From the NCBI GenBank assembly GCA_051294375.1, contig JBJCIZ010000028.1, positions 1,177,576 to 1,241,575 on the forward strand: a stretch of DNA of 64,000 nt, given 5' to 3'. Shown here one piece after another: positions 1 through 13,629 of the stretch; positions within the stretch are counted from its first letter, which is position 1; each line of letters begins with the position of its first letter. Under the pieces are notes generated by a model. That model was not told where the DNA came from. It was given only the letters and a program-made list of their open reading frames with translations, and did not search any database. This DNA comes from Paraspadella gotoi (taxonomy: Eukaryota > Animalia > Chaetognatha). Both the position numbers and the translations under genes were made by a program.

Positions 1-3000
1 CAAGGCGCCGTAGGGCGCCGGGCGAAAGAGAAGAGTCGCCGAGTGATAGGACAAAAAGAGGAGAGCGAACCAATGAGAGGCCAAGAAACGAAGAGCCTTT
101 CGCCAAAGGGGAGAGGGGGAAGAGGAAGAGGATTTCTTGAGGACGAATTGGAGACGGCGATCGACGCAGCGGCCGAGATGGACGAGGAAGGGGAGGAGGA
201 ACCAAAGTAGGTAGGCTATGCCTGGGAGGAGGAGGAAAGGAAAGTTAAATATTGGAAGAAGGTAGTCTATATCTGAGAGGAGGAAGAGAAATTTGCATAT
301 TGTAGTCTAGCCAAATTTTAAAACAAGTTTTTTGTAGAGAAAATTAATAATAAATTTAAACTTTAACAAAAATTATTTTTTTCACAAGGCCTGAGAAAGG
401 GTCTATTGGTACTCAGCTTTCAGGGGGTCAAATAAAAGAAAAAACAAGCAGGATTAAAAGTTTTGTGAATGTCCTCGAACCTGTGGCATAGGTGGTGTGC
501 ATCGGCAGGAATTTCCCGTCGACGAGAAGACCGTGCAAGAAGATGAGGCCAAGATGATCGCGGGTCACGTGGGCGATGAACCAGGGACCGAGCAACATGT
601 AGACAAAGGCCACTGGAAGGCGAGGAGGTCAACTATGATTTTTAAATATTTCATGCCAGGTAAAAAGCTAAGTTGAAAATAAGATTTTTTTACTTAGAGG
701 CAAGATGAAATGAAAAAGCTTGGTTCCAAATAGCTTGCTACTTACAAAGGATGAGGTGAAAAAGCTTGGTTCCAAATAGCTTGCTACTTACAAAGGATGA
801 GGTGAAAAAGCTTGGTTCTAAATAGATTGCTACTTACAAAAGATGAGGTGAAAAAGCTTGGTTCCAAATAGCTTGCTACTTACAAAGGATGAGGTGAAAA
901 AGCCTGGTTCCAAATAGCTTGCTACTTACCCAGTACGAGGTAAAAAGCTTGATTCCAGATCGAAACGAAGAACAAAGATCTGAAGACGAACTCGACGACG
1001 ACGAGCGGAAGATTAAAAGGAAAAGAAAAGAAGTTAATCGATTGGAATTTGGGGAAGAGAGAAGGAGAGAGACGGAAGAGGAGGAGGGGGAAGAGGAGGA
1101 GCGAATAGCAGACGCCAAAGATGCATTTCAAGATGGCGCTGAGGTCGCTTAGGAGGAGGAGGCGGTTGAGGAACCGGAACTCGAGGTGGGCGTGGCCTGG
1201 GAGGAAAGGGGCGAGATAAGGAGGAGAGGGGGATGAGAGAAAGAAGAAAGGGGAGAGATAAAGAGGGGAGAAAGAGAGAGGGAGGAGTGAAAGAGGAGAG
1301 AAAGAGGCGAGGGGAGAGAGAGACGGGCGTGAAGGAAAAAAGGTTAACGAAAAGGAAATAATCAATGGAAAATAAAATCATAAGTCAAAATAACAATTAT
1401 TATAAAAATTGTGAAACCCCATAAACTGACCAGAGACGGAAAAGTCTTGACTCAACGACCTCGTTCTCCCTTTTGCGTCGGTGGCCTCGACCCGAAGGGA
1501 ATGAGTTCCGGGCGAGAGAGATTTGGGGTTCCAGGCGACGACGAATAGAGGAGACTCGCCTGATCGATTGGCGAAGCCTAAGAAGCCTGGCGAGGAGGAA
1601 GAGGAGGTGAGGTAAGTCTGGGTAAGTTAGAACCGAAAAGAGAAAAGAAGGATAACCCAGACTCAAGCGGAATACTTAGTTCTGAACGAACCTTGCCCTC
1701 GCGACGTGATTGAACACTTATTGGCAGGGCATGGCTGGGCATGGCATGACGGGTCGGCTTATCGTAGGGACTCGAATAACTTAACGGAAGAGGCAGCTCG
1801 AAAATGGAGACGCCGATGTAGGATTCCTTCTTCCCCCTCAACATAACCTTTACCCATCGACCTTTACCCATCAACCTTTACCCATCAACCTTTACCCATC
1901 AACCTTTACCCATCAACCTTTACCTTCATCGATGAAGACTTCGATGTCTCGGAATTGGACGTCGGAAAAAGCGAGGATCCGAACGTGAGAACTTTGGCGA
2001 ATTCGATGGAGGGGTTCCTTCGTCGGCGTCAAGTAGAGGGCGTTCTTGGGATTCGTGACGACGAGAAGAGGAAAGTCGGAGGCGAAGGATTGGTCGGTGA
2101 AAGACTGAGAAGAAGAAGGGGGGGGGGGAATTGATCGTTTTCACTTTGTGCCCATTTATTATTTCAAGGTTTGGAATATTTAAAAATTAGGTTTTAAATA
2201 TTTTAAGGTTTGGTATAGTTAAAATTAGATTTAAAATATTGTATGGGTTGGTATTTAAGTTTGAAGCAATAAGCTTTTGTTGAAAGACAAAAATTACAGG
2301 GCCCCCCTCTTCTATACCCGAACGGGGCCAACCCCCACCGCCTCCTCACCAAGAGGCCGTGATCGAGGGCAACGACTCTGACCCGGCGTCCGTCCCGCCA
2401 GTCCCCGCCTTCGAGTTCGAGCGTCCCTGATTCTTGGATGGCGTGCATGGCAGGCACCCATCCGTAAGCAGTGTGGAGATGACCTGAGGTCAAATTTACA
2501 TTTTTAAAACCATATTTCACAGTTTCGCTTTAATTGCCAATTGCCTATGAAGAATCTCTCCCTCATCCCGACTTCTTTCCCTCTTCCATTCCTTACCCGA
2601 AAGGTAAGCGACTCCATTGTCCATAAGCTCCTGCGTCCCCATTCGTCCAATGTCGACGACGGTCGAGGTCGGGTAGTGGCCGAAGTAGATGGTCGCGTTG
2701 GAGTCTCGAGTTTCGTTGCGCAAAGACAACATGAGGTCGAGTCTGTCGTCGTCAAGGATACCGAAGAAGCTGGAGGGATTGAGATTAGTTTTAAAATGGA
2801 TCCTGTATTGAGGATTGTGGCTGCGACGCGGTCGAATCCATGGACCCAAAAAAGGTTTAACAGGCGAGGATTCGATGTTGGTGTCCAACTTTTCCTTTTA
2901 CGACGGAGAGGAGAGACGATGAATTCAAGAAAAGGGAAAATTGGACCGAGTCGAAATTTTTTTGATTTACTTTACTGAAGACGTTTGAAATGTATGCTTA

Positions 3001-5266
3001 GACTTTTGTAGCCGGTGGTTGACTATGATTCCCCAACCTTTATGTTTATTATCTCATTTTTGTTGTTTAAAAGGTTATAGGCTCCATTAACTTAATCTTA
3101 AAAACCTGACGGTCGTCTCTTCCGTAAAATTTAGCAAGAATGCAACGAAAATAAAAACCAAGCCGAGGCATATCAAACATATTTCCCCCTTACTTGTACG
3201 GCTTCTTTGGTCCAGGATTTCCCCCTTACTTGTACGGCCTCTTTGGCCAGGATTTCCCCTTACTTGTACGGCCTCTTTGGCCCAGGGATTTGGCGTAAAG
3301 TCAAGTCCGACGAAGGAATACTTGGCGCCGTCGACGAAGACGTGGATGGCGAAGGAGGAGACGTCGCGTCGCCGCGGACGGAGAAGTTGCGGTGAAAGTT
3401 GAGGCGGGTGTTGAGGGAAGGGACGTCGAAGGAGTCGTGGTTCCCGCGGATGTCGAGCCATTGGGTCAGGTTGGATCCGACCACTGTGGGTTGAAATGGA
3501 TCAGAAGAGAGGGAGGGGAAGAGAGGCATTGGGTCCAATTAGATCGGGAAAACATTTGAGGAATATTGATAATTCTGGGGTTGTTTTTCCAATTTGTTGA
3601 GCCAATTTTCATATAACCACACAACCCAACAAGTCACTGTTCGCCCTCATCTCGTGACCCATTTCTCCTTCCGCTTCCAAACTCTACTAAATATCAAAGT
3701 TAACTTTTTTACTCCTCACTTTTTTTTTTGAATGAAGTATTACAGTGTTACAGTATCGTAAGATCTCACCAGGACTCTCGAGGACTGCCCAATAATATTC
3801 CACCCACTCTTCCTTGTACTGTCCCGACCCAATCAAGAAGTATTACAGTATTACAGTATCAAAGATCTCACCAGGACTCTCGATTACTGCCCGATAGTAT
3901 TCCTCCCACTCTTCCTTGTACTGTCCCGATCCAATCAAGAAGTATTACAGTATCAAAGATCTCACCAGGACTCTCGACGACTGCACGATAGTATTCCTCC
4001 CACTCTTCCTTGTACTGCCCCGACCCAATCATGAAGTATTACAGTATTACAGTATCAAAGATCTCACCAGGACTCTCGACGACTGCCCGATAGTATTCCT
4101 CCCACTCTTCCTTGTACTGTCCCGACCCAATCAAGAAGTATTACAGTATAACAGTATCAAAGATCTCACCAGGACTCTCGACGACTGCACGATAGTATTC
4201 CTCCCACTTCCTTGTACTGCCGCGACCCAATCATGAAGTATTACAGTATTACAGTATCAAAGATCTCACCAGGACTCTCGACGACTGCCCGATAGTATTC
4301 CTCCCACTCTTCCTTGTACTGTCCCGACCCAATCAAGAAGTATTACAGTATTACAGTATCAAAGATCTCACCAGGACTCTCGACGACTGCCCGATAGTAT
4401 TCCTCCCACTCTTCCTTGTACTGCCCCGACCCAATCAAGAAGTATTACAGTATTACAGTATCAAAGATCTCACCAGGACTCTCGACGACTGCACGATAGT
4501 ATTCCTCCCACTCTTCCTTGTACTGCCGCGACCCAATCATGAAGTATTACAGTATTACAGTATCAAAGATCTCACCAGGACTCTCGACGACTGCCCGATA
4601 GTATTCCTCCCACTCTTCCTTGTACTGTTCCCGACCCAATCAAGAAGTATTACAGTATTACAGTATCAAAGATCTCACCAGGACTCTCGACGACTGCCGA
4701 TAGTATTCCTCCCACTTCTTCCTTGTACTGCCCCGACCCAATCAAGAAGTATTACAGTATTACAGTATCAAAGATCTCACCAGGACTCTCGACGACTGCC
4801 CGATAGTATTCCTCCCACTCTTCCTTGTACTGCCCCGACCAATCAAGAAGTATTACAGTATTACAGTATCAAAGATCTCACCAGGACTCTCGACGACTGC
4901 CCGATAGTATTCCTCCCACTCTTCCTTGTACTGCCCCGACCCAATCAAGTTCTTCTCCTTGGCATCGACCAAATCGCCGGTGACGACGACGACTCTCGGA
5001 CGAATCACCGGAACCCACTCTCGGCAGAACCGATTGAGGTCGGCGGCGCGACCGGCGTCGTGGAATTTGGAGACGTGGATGTCGGAGAGGTGGACGAACC
5101 AGAGGAGGTGGCGGGGGAGGTGTGAGGGGGAGAGGGAGGAGGAGGAGGGAGAGGAGGAGGAGGAAGAGGAAAACCGGTCGACCGTGAGTGAAGATCGAAT
5201 GAGGTGGAGAGCGACGTAGCCCGTCGTCCCGAGGAGAATCACCCAAATCATCCACTGTTTTATCAT
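1..5266 (-). CDS. TMEM62: Transmembrane protein 62-like (calcineurin-like metallophosphoesterase domain plus TM helices), multi-exon, 3' end beyond the window start
   Basis: Exon 1 (5266-4882) has a TM anchor then FVHLSDIHVSKF and VVVTGDLVDAK. The next exon has WLDIRGNHD. Later exons have RPFNFFG-like NFFGILD, TIYFGHYPT, GHLHT, LELEGGDWRDGRRVRVVALDHG and GPWF-containing hydrophobic segments. GT-AG junctions phase-compatible where checked. Confidence 0.9.
704..960. repeat. Tandem repeat, 46-bp unit x5, containing a TMEM62 donor site
   Basis: GATGAGGTGAAAAAGCTTGGTTCCAAATAGCTTGCTACTTACAAAG repeated up to the real exon end at ~929. Confidence 0.9.
3730..4947. repeat. Tandem repeat, ~102-bp unit x12, made of the TMEM62 exon-1 end plus the splice donor
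   Basis: GATCTCACCAGGACTCTCG recurs 12 times at about 102-bp spacing; the rightmost copy is the coding exon end. Confidence 0.95.
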
Positions 5267-6149
5267 TCTCTTTCTCCTTTTATTTTACCGGGTTTTGTTT
5301 TGTTTTTATTCCTTTTTTTTTGTTTTTTTATCACAGCCGCTTTTGATGGTTAATTACATTTTGCCTAAACGTTTTGTTTAAATAAAAAACGCGTCTGAAA
5401 GATTTTTTTGCGGTATATTTTGATTTTGATTTGTATATAAAAAAAGTGTCATCAATGTTGGGTATAGAATTATACGTAAATCCTTAAATTATGAACAACT
5501 AAATTCTTTGCCAAGGTATTTTTCCAAAAATTAAAATATTAAGTCTTTCGTAAACAAACATGAACGACAATAACAAGATTCTCAAACTATCTTATTCCAG
5601 AAAAATAAACCACAACTACCCAGGGATAAACCAAGGCAGTTCGTGGAAAAAGTCAGTAGAATCGGACTTTCAAATGAATGAAAAAAGATATTGCACGATT
5701 CAATGTTGAAAGATCCATTACACGAAGTCGCAATAGTAATATTAGTGTAAATAAGGCACTCATAGTCATATGGTAAGAATGTGTAAAAGAAATGAAATAG
5801 AAATCTTTTTTTGGTTTATGACGCATCTTTAGCTAATATTTAAATCAAGCATTAGCGACCGACTAAAAAAACTTGTTAATTATTAAACTAATACTGCAAC
5901 GAGTGAATTGACTAATTGAGGTTTCTCATCCTCATAAAAATTAATAAAAACTCCAAACAGCAAAATACTACGTCAAGGGAAGAGGGCGAAAAAAAAACAC
6001 AACCGCCCTTAAAAAAAGAAAAAGAAATAAAACATCAACAATAGAATGATGAATCTTAAGTATCTAATGAGCATTGTGACCAGAAAAAGTTTATTTTTAG
6101 ATTAAGATGACAGCCCATATTGATATATTTTTTTGATCTTTTTTTTTCA

Positions 6150-9100
6150 TCAGAGCTCGAGCTTCTCAGGTCCTTCGACTCCAAATCCGGCGTAGCCTCC
6201 GCGGTCCAACTCGTCGGCGGCGACGTCGTTGGCTTCGATGAGGTCGTCGACGCTGCGAGGCTCTTCTTCCTTCGGAGGTTCAGACAGTGGAGATTCCTGT
6301 CAAGCATAACATTGTGGGGCGTAGGCGAAGCAGTAGTAATTCATTTCCCGGATATCGTCCGAGAATCACAACCACCCTTGGCCCCGGAGGAAGCACGCGC
6401 TCCTCCCAATCAAAGGACTCGTGTTCGTGCCCTGCTGCTTCATACAAGAAAGTGAGACGGGTCTCTCCCACCAGTAGTTGGAGCCAATATTGCCAGATAC
6501 AAGGTTCCGAAACTTTAATCAATAAATCTATAATTCTGAGAGGTGGTTTTCGAAATTCTGGACCCAATTTTCAGAGAGCTACCCCCACCTAACAACAAAT
6601 CAAAGTCCACCATTCTCGTGACCCACCTCTCCCTCCGCCTCCATCTTCAGCCTCGTCAATGTCATCCTCGCAGCCTCGTGATTTTCTTGCCCCTTCTCAT
6701 GCTCAGCCGGGTCCAGGGTGTACCAAAGGGCGAGGGCGCAACGCCGCCCTTTGGTCACGGCCTTGACTCCGTGGAGATTGTCGAGCCCGTTGTGGAAGGC
6801 GACCATGCGGCCGCACGAGGGGCGGACGGAGGCTTGCGTGGATTTGTCGGCGGCGGCGAAGATGAAGTCCCCGCCTTCAAAATCGTCGTTCAAGTAGAGG
6901 ATGGAGCTGGTGCGAAAGGGTGATGGAGTGATAGAAATGGGAGAGGGGAAGGGGTGATGTAGTGATAGAAATGGGAGAAGGGAAGGGGTGATGTAGTGAT
7001 AGAAATGAGAGAAGGGAAGGGGTGATGTAGTGATAGAAATGGGAGAAGGGAAGGGGTGATGTAGTGATAGAAATGGGAGAGGGAAGGGGTGATGTAGTGA
7101 TAGAAAGGGATGGGGATAGGGGTGATGTAGTGATAGAAATGGGAGAGGGGAAGGGGTGATGTAGTGATAGAAATGGGAGGGGAAAGGAAATGATATTGTG
7201 ATAGGAATGGGAGAGAAAAGGAGGTAATATAGTGATAGAAATATGACGACAAAAGAGTTTGAAATAGTGTTTATGATGGGGCGAATTTAATAAATAATTT
7301 GTCAAACGCAAAGCTTACAACAGCCGCCCCCCCTAAAAAATCAAACCTAACGTCCCCCTTCCCAGACCTTCCCCACCTAAAGTCCCTCCAGGTAAAAGCG
7401 GGATAAGAGTAGATGCAGGATCCGTCGTCGCCCAAATTGCAGTTGTCCGAGTGAATTGGGTGACTCAAATCTCGACGACCCGATTGGTCGTGTTCAGACT
7501 CGGCCGTTCGGCAGACGAGGTGAGTGAAGGAGAAAAACAATTTAGTCGGCAGCTGAAAAGATAAATTAATTGCTGTTAAACCGATAATTAACATTTTTAA
7601 AAAAATTTTTTATCATTAAACCGAACGATCACAACTTCCATGAAAAAATATAATTATTTAAAATTTCTTTAAATACTACAATATACAAATGAGATTGCAA
7701 AACCTAATTTCCAACAAACCCGTACCGACCTTAAAATATTTTTCCGTGACCACCCTCGAACTCTCCGCCAGATCCATAAAGGTCCAAGCGTCCTGCCAGG
7801 AGATTTTACCCTCTTCAGCCAACTCGGCCGCACGCGTGACGGTAAGACCTTCGAAGGACTCGTGCGGCGTGTGGGGATGACTTCCTGTGTCCTTGAAGCG
7901 ACCGTAGCCGTCGCCGCCAGAGCCGGAGGCGGCCAGCTGCACCAGACTGTCGCATTCGGAGCGAGAGGCCAGGTTATCAACGGCGAACCGGTGGGTGCCT
8001 GGATTTTTTATTTCATAATATATCTTTTTTAATATCATTTTTTCAATAACCCGTACAAAGCACAATGTACCACTTACCACATGTCAGTCCTAAACTTAAA
8101 GACTACAATTTCCCAAAATTCCCGACTTAAAGAACACAATTTCCCACAATTGCCAACTTAAAGACCACAATTGCTGACTTAAAGACCACAATTGCCCACA
8201 ATTGCCGACTTAAAGAACACAATTGCGCACAAATTCCGACTTAAAGACCACAATTTTTCACAATCCCCGACTTAAAGACCACAATTGCCGACCGTTGAGT
8301 TTCTTTGCGTCGGCGAAGAGGACGAACCCAAACTCCTCCTTCAACTTGATCAACTCATCCTCGTCGATTGCCTCGATGTCCTCCGCCTTCATGAGAGGCT
8401 TTGCTTCTTCGAGGAGAGTCGCGTCGGCGAGGGGGGCGTTGTCTCGTTCTGAGGGGGGGGGAAGAAGGAGTTAAGCGAGCAGAGGATATGAAGGGGAGAA
8501 AGATAAAAGATGAAGTAGAATCGAATTCCTCCCAGAAAAATATTTTTTTCGCGGCGCGTTTTCAGATGTATCGTCTTTTTCCAGACGCTTTTTTTTGTTG
8601 CTTCTTTTTGATTATTTTTTAATACGAAATTGAACTCACTTTTGATTATTTCTTAATAAAAAATTGAACTCACTTTTGATTATTTCTTAATACGAAATTG
8701 AACTCACTTTTATATGTATTCCTAACCAGTAACTACCCTGTAAGTCTCAGTCATTCTTCGATTCAATCCTAACCAACGTTTCAGTCTCACTCACCCTTCG
8801 AGTTTGATTTATTCCTAACCACCCGGTACTTCTCACTCACCCTTGGATTTATTCCTGGCCACCCTGTATTTCTCCACCACGAACTTCCTCAGCTCCGCGA
8901 TCTCCTTTAACCGCTCCAAGTATTGAAGGGCGTCGGGGTCGGCGACGAATTTCGCGGCGTCGACGCCCAAAGTCTCCAGGAAGAACTTCTTGTTGCTGGT
9001 CATGTCTTCGTCCTCGGGTTTGAGGATGAGGTAAGTTTCGCAGGCCGAGGCTGCGGTGTCCAGGTCTTCAACTTGGTGAGGTGAAGAAGTCGGCGAAATA

Positions 9101-11543
9101 ATGAATTAAGTTTGAAAAAAAAGTAACGGAGGATATACCTTTTATCAATTTCAATTATGGTAAATTATCATGTTTTGATAAAAATTAAGGGGTGAACTAC
9201 ATTAATTATTAACCGTTTTTTCAATAACTAAAATGGATTCACTTTACACCAATTGGGACGCAGCCTCTCTTTCCCTATTCTCATTCCTCTACTTACCTTT
9301 ATAGGACGCGAACTGCAAGTAATGATAATGATTGGCCAAGTAATTCTCGACGACTTGGCCGAAGAAAGTCGCGAGTCGATCTGGACACCCGGCGGCGCAA
9401 TCGACGAAAGCGGCGAGGTGATCCGCGATGTTGACGAAGAGATCCTCGGTGAAGCCTTCGCTGCGGCGGGCGGAGTCGGCTGTGGTATTGGCTGTGGCAT
9501 TGGCTGTGGCGTTGGCTGTGGCGTTGGCTGTGGCGTTAGCAGCGGAGGCATCTGCAGCGGAGACAGGGCGTTCGCAGTGGGCCGAGCAGACATCGTAAGC
9601 TCTTGAGGTAAAAAGAGAAGAAAAGGAATTTACTAATTTACTAACTAAAAAGGAAAAAAAAATAACATTAATTTAATTAATAAAATAAGTTAAAACAGAT
9701 CTTTAGCATTAAACGTATGTGTAAATTCTAACTAATTTAAAAACAATTAAATGAGGTACTGAATCAGGGAAAACAAATTTTATTTATTTTTTTTTTAAAA
9801 GATTCTTCTTTTTGTAACTATGTATGTAATATGCATAGTTTAATCGCAAATCCAGCCCTGAAAAACTAATTACGACTTCAGCAATCAATTAAAAACAACC
9901 TTAAAATGCGTACATAATAAATTTTATTATTTCTCAATGTTTTTACCGACTATTTAAAATTATCAAAACTACAACTACGAACAATCTCCGTTAAATAAAT
10001 TGAATACAAGTTTATCATTACTGCAATATGCAAAGTAGATAATTTCCTCCTAAAATATAAACTCCTTTATCGTCCGTATTTATCATTGACCCCTTAACCA
10101 CGCTTCGATCATTTCCTCACCTATAATACTCCTTCAACGCCGTCTCCATATTCTCCTTGACGGCGGCGAAGTCTGGCGTGTCGACGTCATACGCCTCCGC
10201 CGCCGCCTTGTATCGCCTCCGATGCTCCGCCTCCTCTCGACTCACGAACATGGAATCCTTCGTCGACGGAAGAGACTTGAAGAATTCAAGATTGTCTCGC
10301 ATCGTTGAATCGGACGGGTTGGAGAGGAGGTAAGTATAGGCGCACTGGGGAGGAAATGGGATGAGTTTAAGAGGACTGTGATTGGAGAGGAGGTAAGTAT
10401 AAGCGCACTGGGGAGGAAATGGGATGAGTTTAAGAAGACTGTGATTGGAGAGAAGGTAAGTATAGGCGCACTGGGGGGTTGGGGTGAGGAAATGGGCTGA
10501 GGTTAGGCGCAGTGTTGGGATGAAATAAGTGGGTATGCTTAGGGGCACTGTGGGTAGAGAGATGAGGTTAGATTTAGGCTGAGAATACTGTGGTTAGGGA
10601 AAACGAGAATTAGTTTAAGGACAATGTGAGGTTAGTTTTAAGAAGAAAATGTGAACTGAAGGGGGGATGCGAGTATATTTAGTTTTTATTTACAATATTG
10701 AAGGAGGGAATAACGTTGTATAGAATATAATTCATTAACAAATATTTGACAAGCTTTCATCGAATACCTGAACGGCCTTTTCTACAAAATCCTCTTGTCT
10801 CGATTTCGTTGGTAGAATCTCCTGGTATTTAGCGACGATGATTGATGCCTTATAGTAAGCCAGTTGGAGGTAATGGTAAGGGGCGTGGCTTTCAAAGTCG
10901 CGGTCCACCTCGGCGTCGTGAATGAGACGTCGACCGCCCATTTTGAGGCCCTTGCATTTTTTCTGGCAGGCGGCGTTAAGGATCCATTCGCCGGACAAAG
11001 CGGCGAATGGGGAGGAGACGTTGCGGTGAAGCTGAAGGGAAGAGGCGTACTAGAGGAGGGGGGGGAGAGAAAGAGAGAGATTTCGATTGCAAGATTGTTT
11101 AGCAATACATTAGTAATTACATTACCATAATTATTTTAATTGGAAAGCTTGGCTTAAATATATGAGGTGAAAAGTTTGAAAAAAAACATCTGTTCATCTA
11201 TTAACTTCATTTTTTTCGCGGTTTCGGAGAAGTCTTGATCTCTGACAAATTCTAACCCCTATCTCACCTTTCTACAGTCGATCCTGCAATCAGCCAGGAC
11301 CCGCCTGTACCACCGCCAATCCTCCAACGCCCTCTCTATCAGCTCCACCGCCTCGAACCATCTCTCCTTCGTGTAGGCGACGCGACCTTCGCGATAAAGA
11401 TCCACGTAAGTCACGTGAGGATCGTCGTCGTCGCCGGAAGTGAGTAGCGCCGTGGCCAGGAGGAGACAGGCCAAGCGACAGGCCAAGCGACAGGCCAAGC
11501 TTCGGTGCCGGAATGACTGTCCGTTCTCGAGACGTGGCCTCAT
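6150..11543 (-). CDS. P3H1: Prolyl 3-hydroxylase / leprecan family 2OG-Fe(II) dioxygenase, multi-exon
   Basis: Signal peptide and TPR-like N-terminus (YREGRVAYTKERW, PYHYLQLAYYK, CAYTYL). Catalytic region has HTPHESFEGLT, FSFTHLVCRTA, HPIHSDNC and LNDDFEGGDF...NLHGVKAVTKGRRCALALW. Ends in the KDEL-like KLEL* at 6150. The paralogue number is nominal. Confidence 0.92.
6918..7242. repeat. Intronic minisatellite, ~32-bp unit, about 9-10 copies
   Basis: GTGATGTAGTGATAGAAATGGGAGAGGGGAAGG repeats abutting the P3H acceptor at ~6908. Confidence 0.9.
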
Positions 11544-12293
11544 TCTCGGCTACCGGTGGTTTTAAAAAGTTAGGAAAGGGAAGGGGGGCCCAGTGGCGGC
11601 GATGAGCCGACTCGGTTTTCGTAGATTTTTTTTGGTCAGAATTTCCTTTTTTATCTGGAACCGAATTTTTTAAATGTACACAAATTGTTATCATGATTCG
11701 ATCGTGCTATGGAATGATCCACGTAGTTTTCACACGACAACAGGAATAACGATTTTCATTTACCGACGGGAATAACTTAAACCCGCAACCAGAAAAATTA
11801 TGATAAGGAAAAATGGTTTCTTTTTGGACAACTAGTACCGGGATCTGAACAACCCGAAAAGATGTAACTTATTATTCACAATAAATTTGATGAAAGTTAT
11901 TGACAAAAGGAAAATATTTGTTGATCTTTATCTTCTGAGTATATAATCTTTGAACAGTTGTTTTTTCTACAGCACATAAGTCATAATTCGTTACAAGTAT
12001 ACTTAACAAAATTAAGCATTCATTTTTACAGAAGCAAATAATGTTTATATCCAAGTAAAGAAACCTTGTTGCACCCGAAGTTATTATGTACGAATATCCA
12101 AAATACAAGAGTATTTATGAGCTTCATAACTTATGCAAACAGATAAAATAGAATATCATGTCTAACTAAAAAAGCAAAGTGATAAAAATCTGAAAAATCA
12201 ATTTAAGAATTCGTCGTTTTTAATTTTAGGGAGAAAACTAAAGAAATATTTAACGAAAAAAAATATTTCGGAGGGAACTTTTANNNNNNNNNN

Positions 12294-12325
<32 letters not shown>

Positions 12326-13629
12326 CGCGGGCGGAATTTGTGATTTGAACCTCAACCGTGACAAAGACTTCGTTGTTGTGAGCGGCTTCGCGTGAGGCGT
12401 GAGTTTTTAAAAAAGGCACGTGGTTCGAATCACATCAGAGAAAAATCACGAAGCGGCGTCGGCGAATTAATGTTATGGGTTAAAGGAATTTGAAAAGACG
12501 AATTTGGTAAAAAAAAAAAAAGAGAGAAAAGGCTTTTTTTAATTCTTTGTGCTTGACGTTCATTGCTTGCACATAGGCGAGACATCGCTCCAAAGGCGAA
12601 ATGGTCGTATGGTGTGCTTGTTTTTTTTTGGTTTTTTTTTAAGTTTACACGGAATTCCCGAACAACTGCATAGATTTTCTCTCACATCAGTTTATGAGGA
12701 ATAAAATATTGGAAGACCCAATAACCTGATACATTTTCAATTGTTATTTTCAATGATTATTTATTTTTCTATATCGTAAAAAAGTTCACGCTAGGGCTAA
12801 GTTAAAATCTATGACTTTTGTTAAAATCAAAATCTGCTTCTATTCTTTTCAACAATATTTGCACCAATGAAGTTATTTGCTTTCTCGGCTAAATGGAATC
12901 ATGACAAACTTTACAGCCTCATATACGGGCAGACTTCTTTTTTTCTCACTTCCCAAACCAAATCAAAACATAATCTTGAGACAAACAAACTAAATGTGGT
13001 CAATTTTCTATCACAATTAAAAAAGCGGGCAGACCAAGTCAGACCGAGAAAGGGACTAGAAAAATTAAACTTTAAATATTAAGCCGCCTTATTCATTTAC
13101 GTTAATTTGCGAGGATGATAATAATAATTAATATTTATTACTCGATGTAAGGAGATTAAGTAAAAGGGGGGAACAGCGAAGGAACTATATAACTATATAC
13201 TATTTCTCCGCTGTGACCCATCACAGTCAACCCAACCGCTTAAAACCATCACCTTTTTTTTTAAACAATAATTTTTTTTATTCACAAACACAATCGCTAC
13301 GAATACAATGACCATAAAAGAAGCAAAAAAATTGAGACCAAACACATTTTATTATTTGCGATCGACAATTTGGAGATTTTTTTTTCTATAAAAAAAAGTA
13401 TCGGAGAAAAAGAAAGAAAATAAACAAGTTGGTTGGAGAGAGAGAGAGAGGGTGGATTCTTTTCATTTTTTTATTATCAGAGTATTTTTTATTAAGACCG
13501 CGCTGGATATAAATCGGGAAGAGCGAGCTCGCTCTTTCGCTCCTGGAAAGGTCAATGACGCCCGTTTCCGCGCGCATGCGCGTTCCCGACGACGCGGTCG
13601 GCGGTGGAAGACTTATCGTCATTGAGGAA

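Noticed and set aside
3730-4947. CRISPR-like array
   Set aside because: Units are contiguous near-identical copies without unique spacers, derive from an exon end, and the DNA is eukaryotic with no cas genes.
9228-9593. PTPQ-repeat protein from the ORF track
   Set aside because: Wrong frame; the P3H exon frame reads C..HCE...ANAT repeats...HYHYLQFASYK.
12284-12293. N runs (also 14968-14977 and 61479-61488)
   Set aside because: Assembly gaps, not biology. True distances across them, and orientation across the intergenic gap at 12284, are uncertain.
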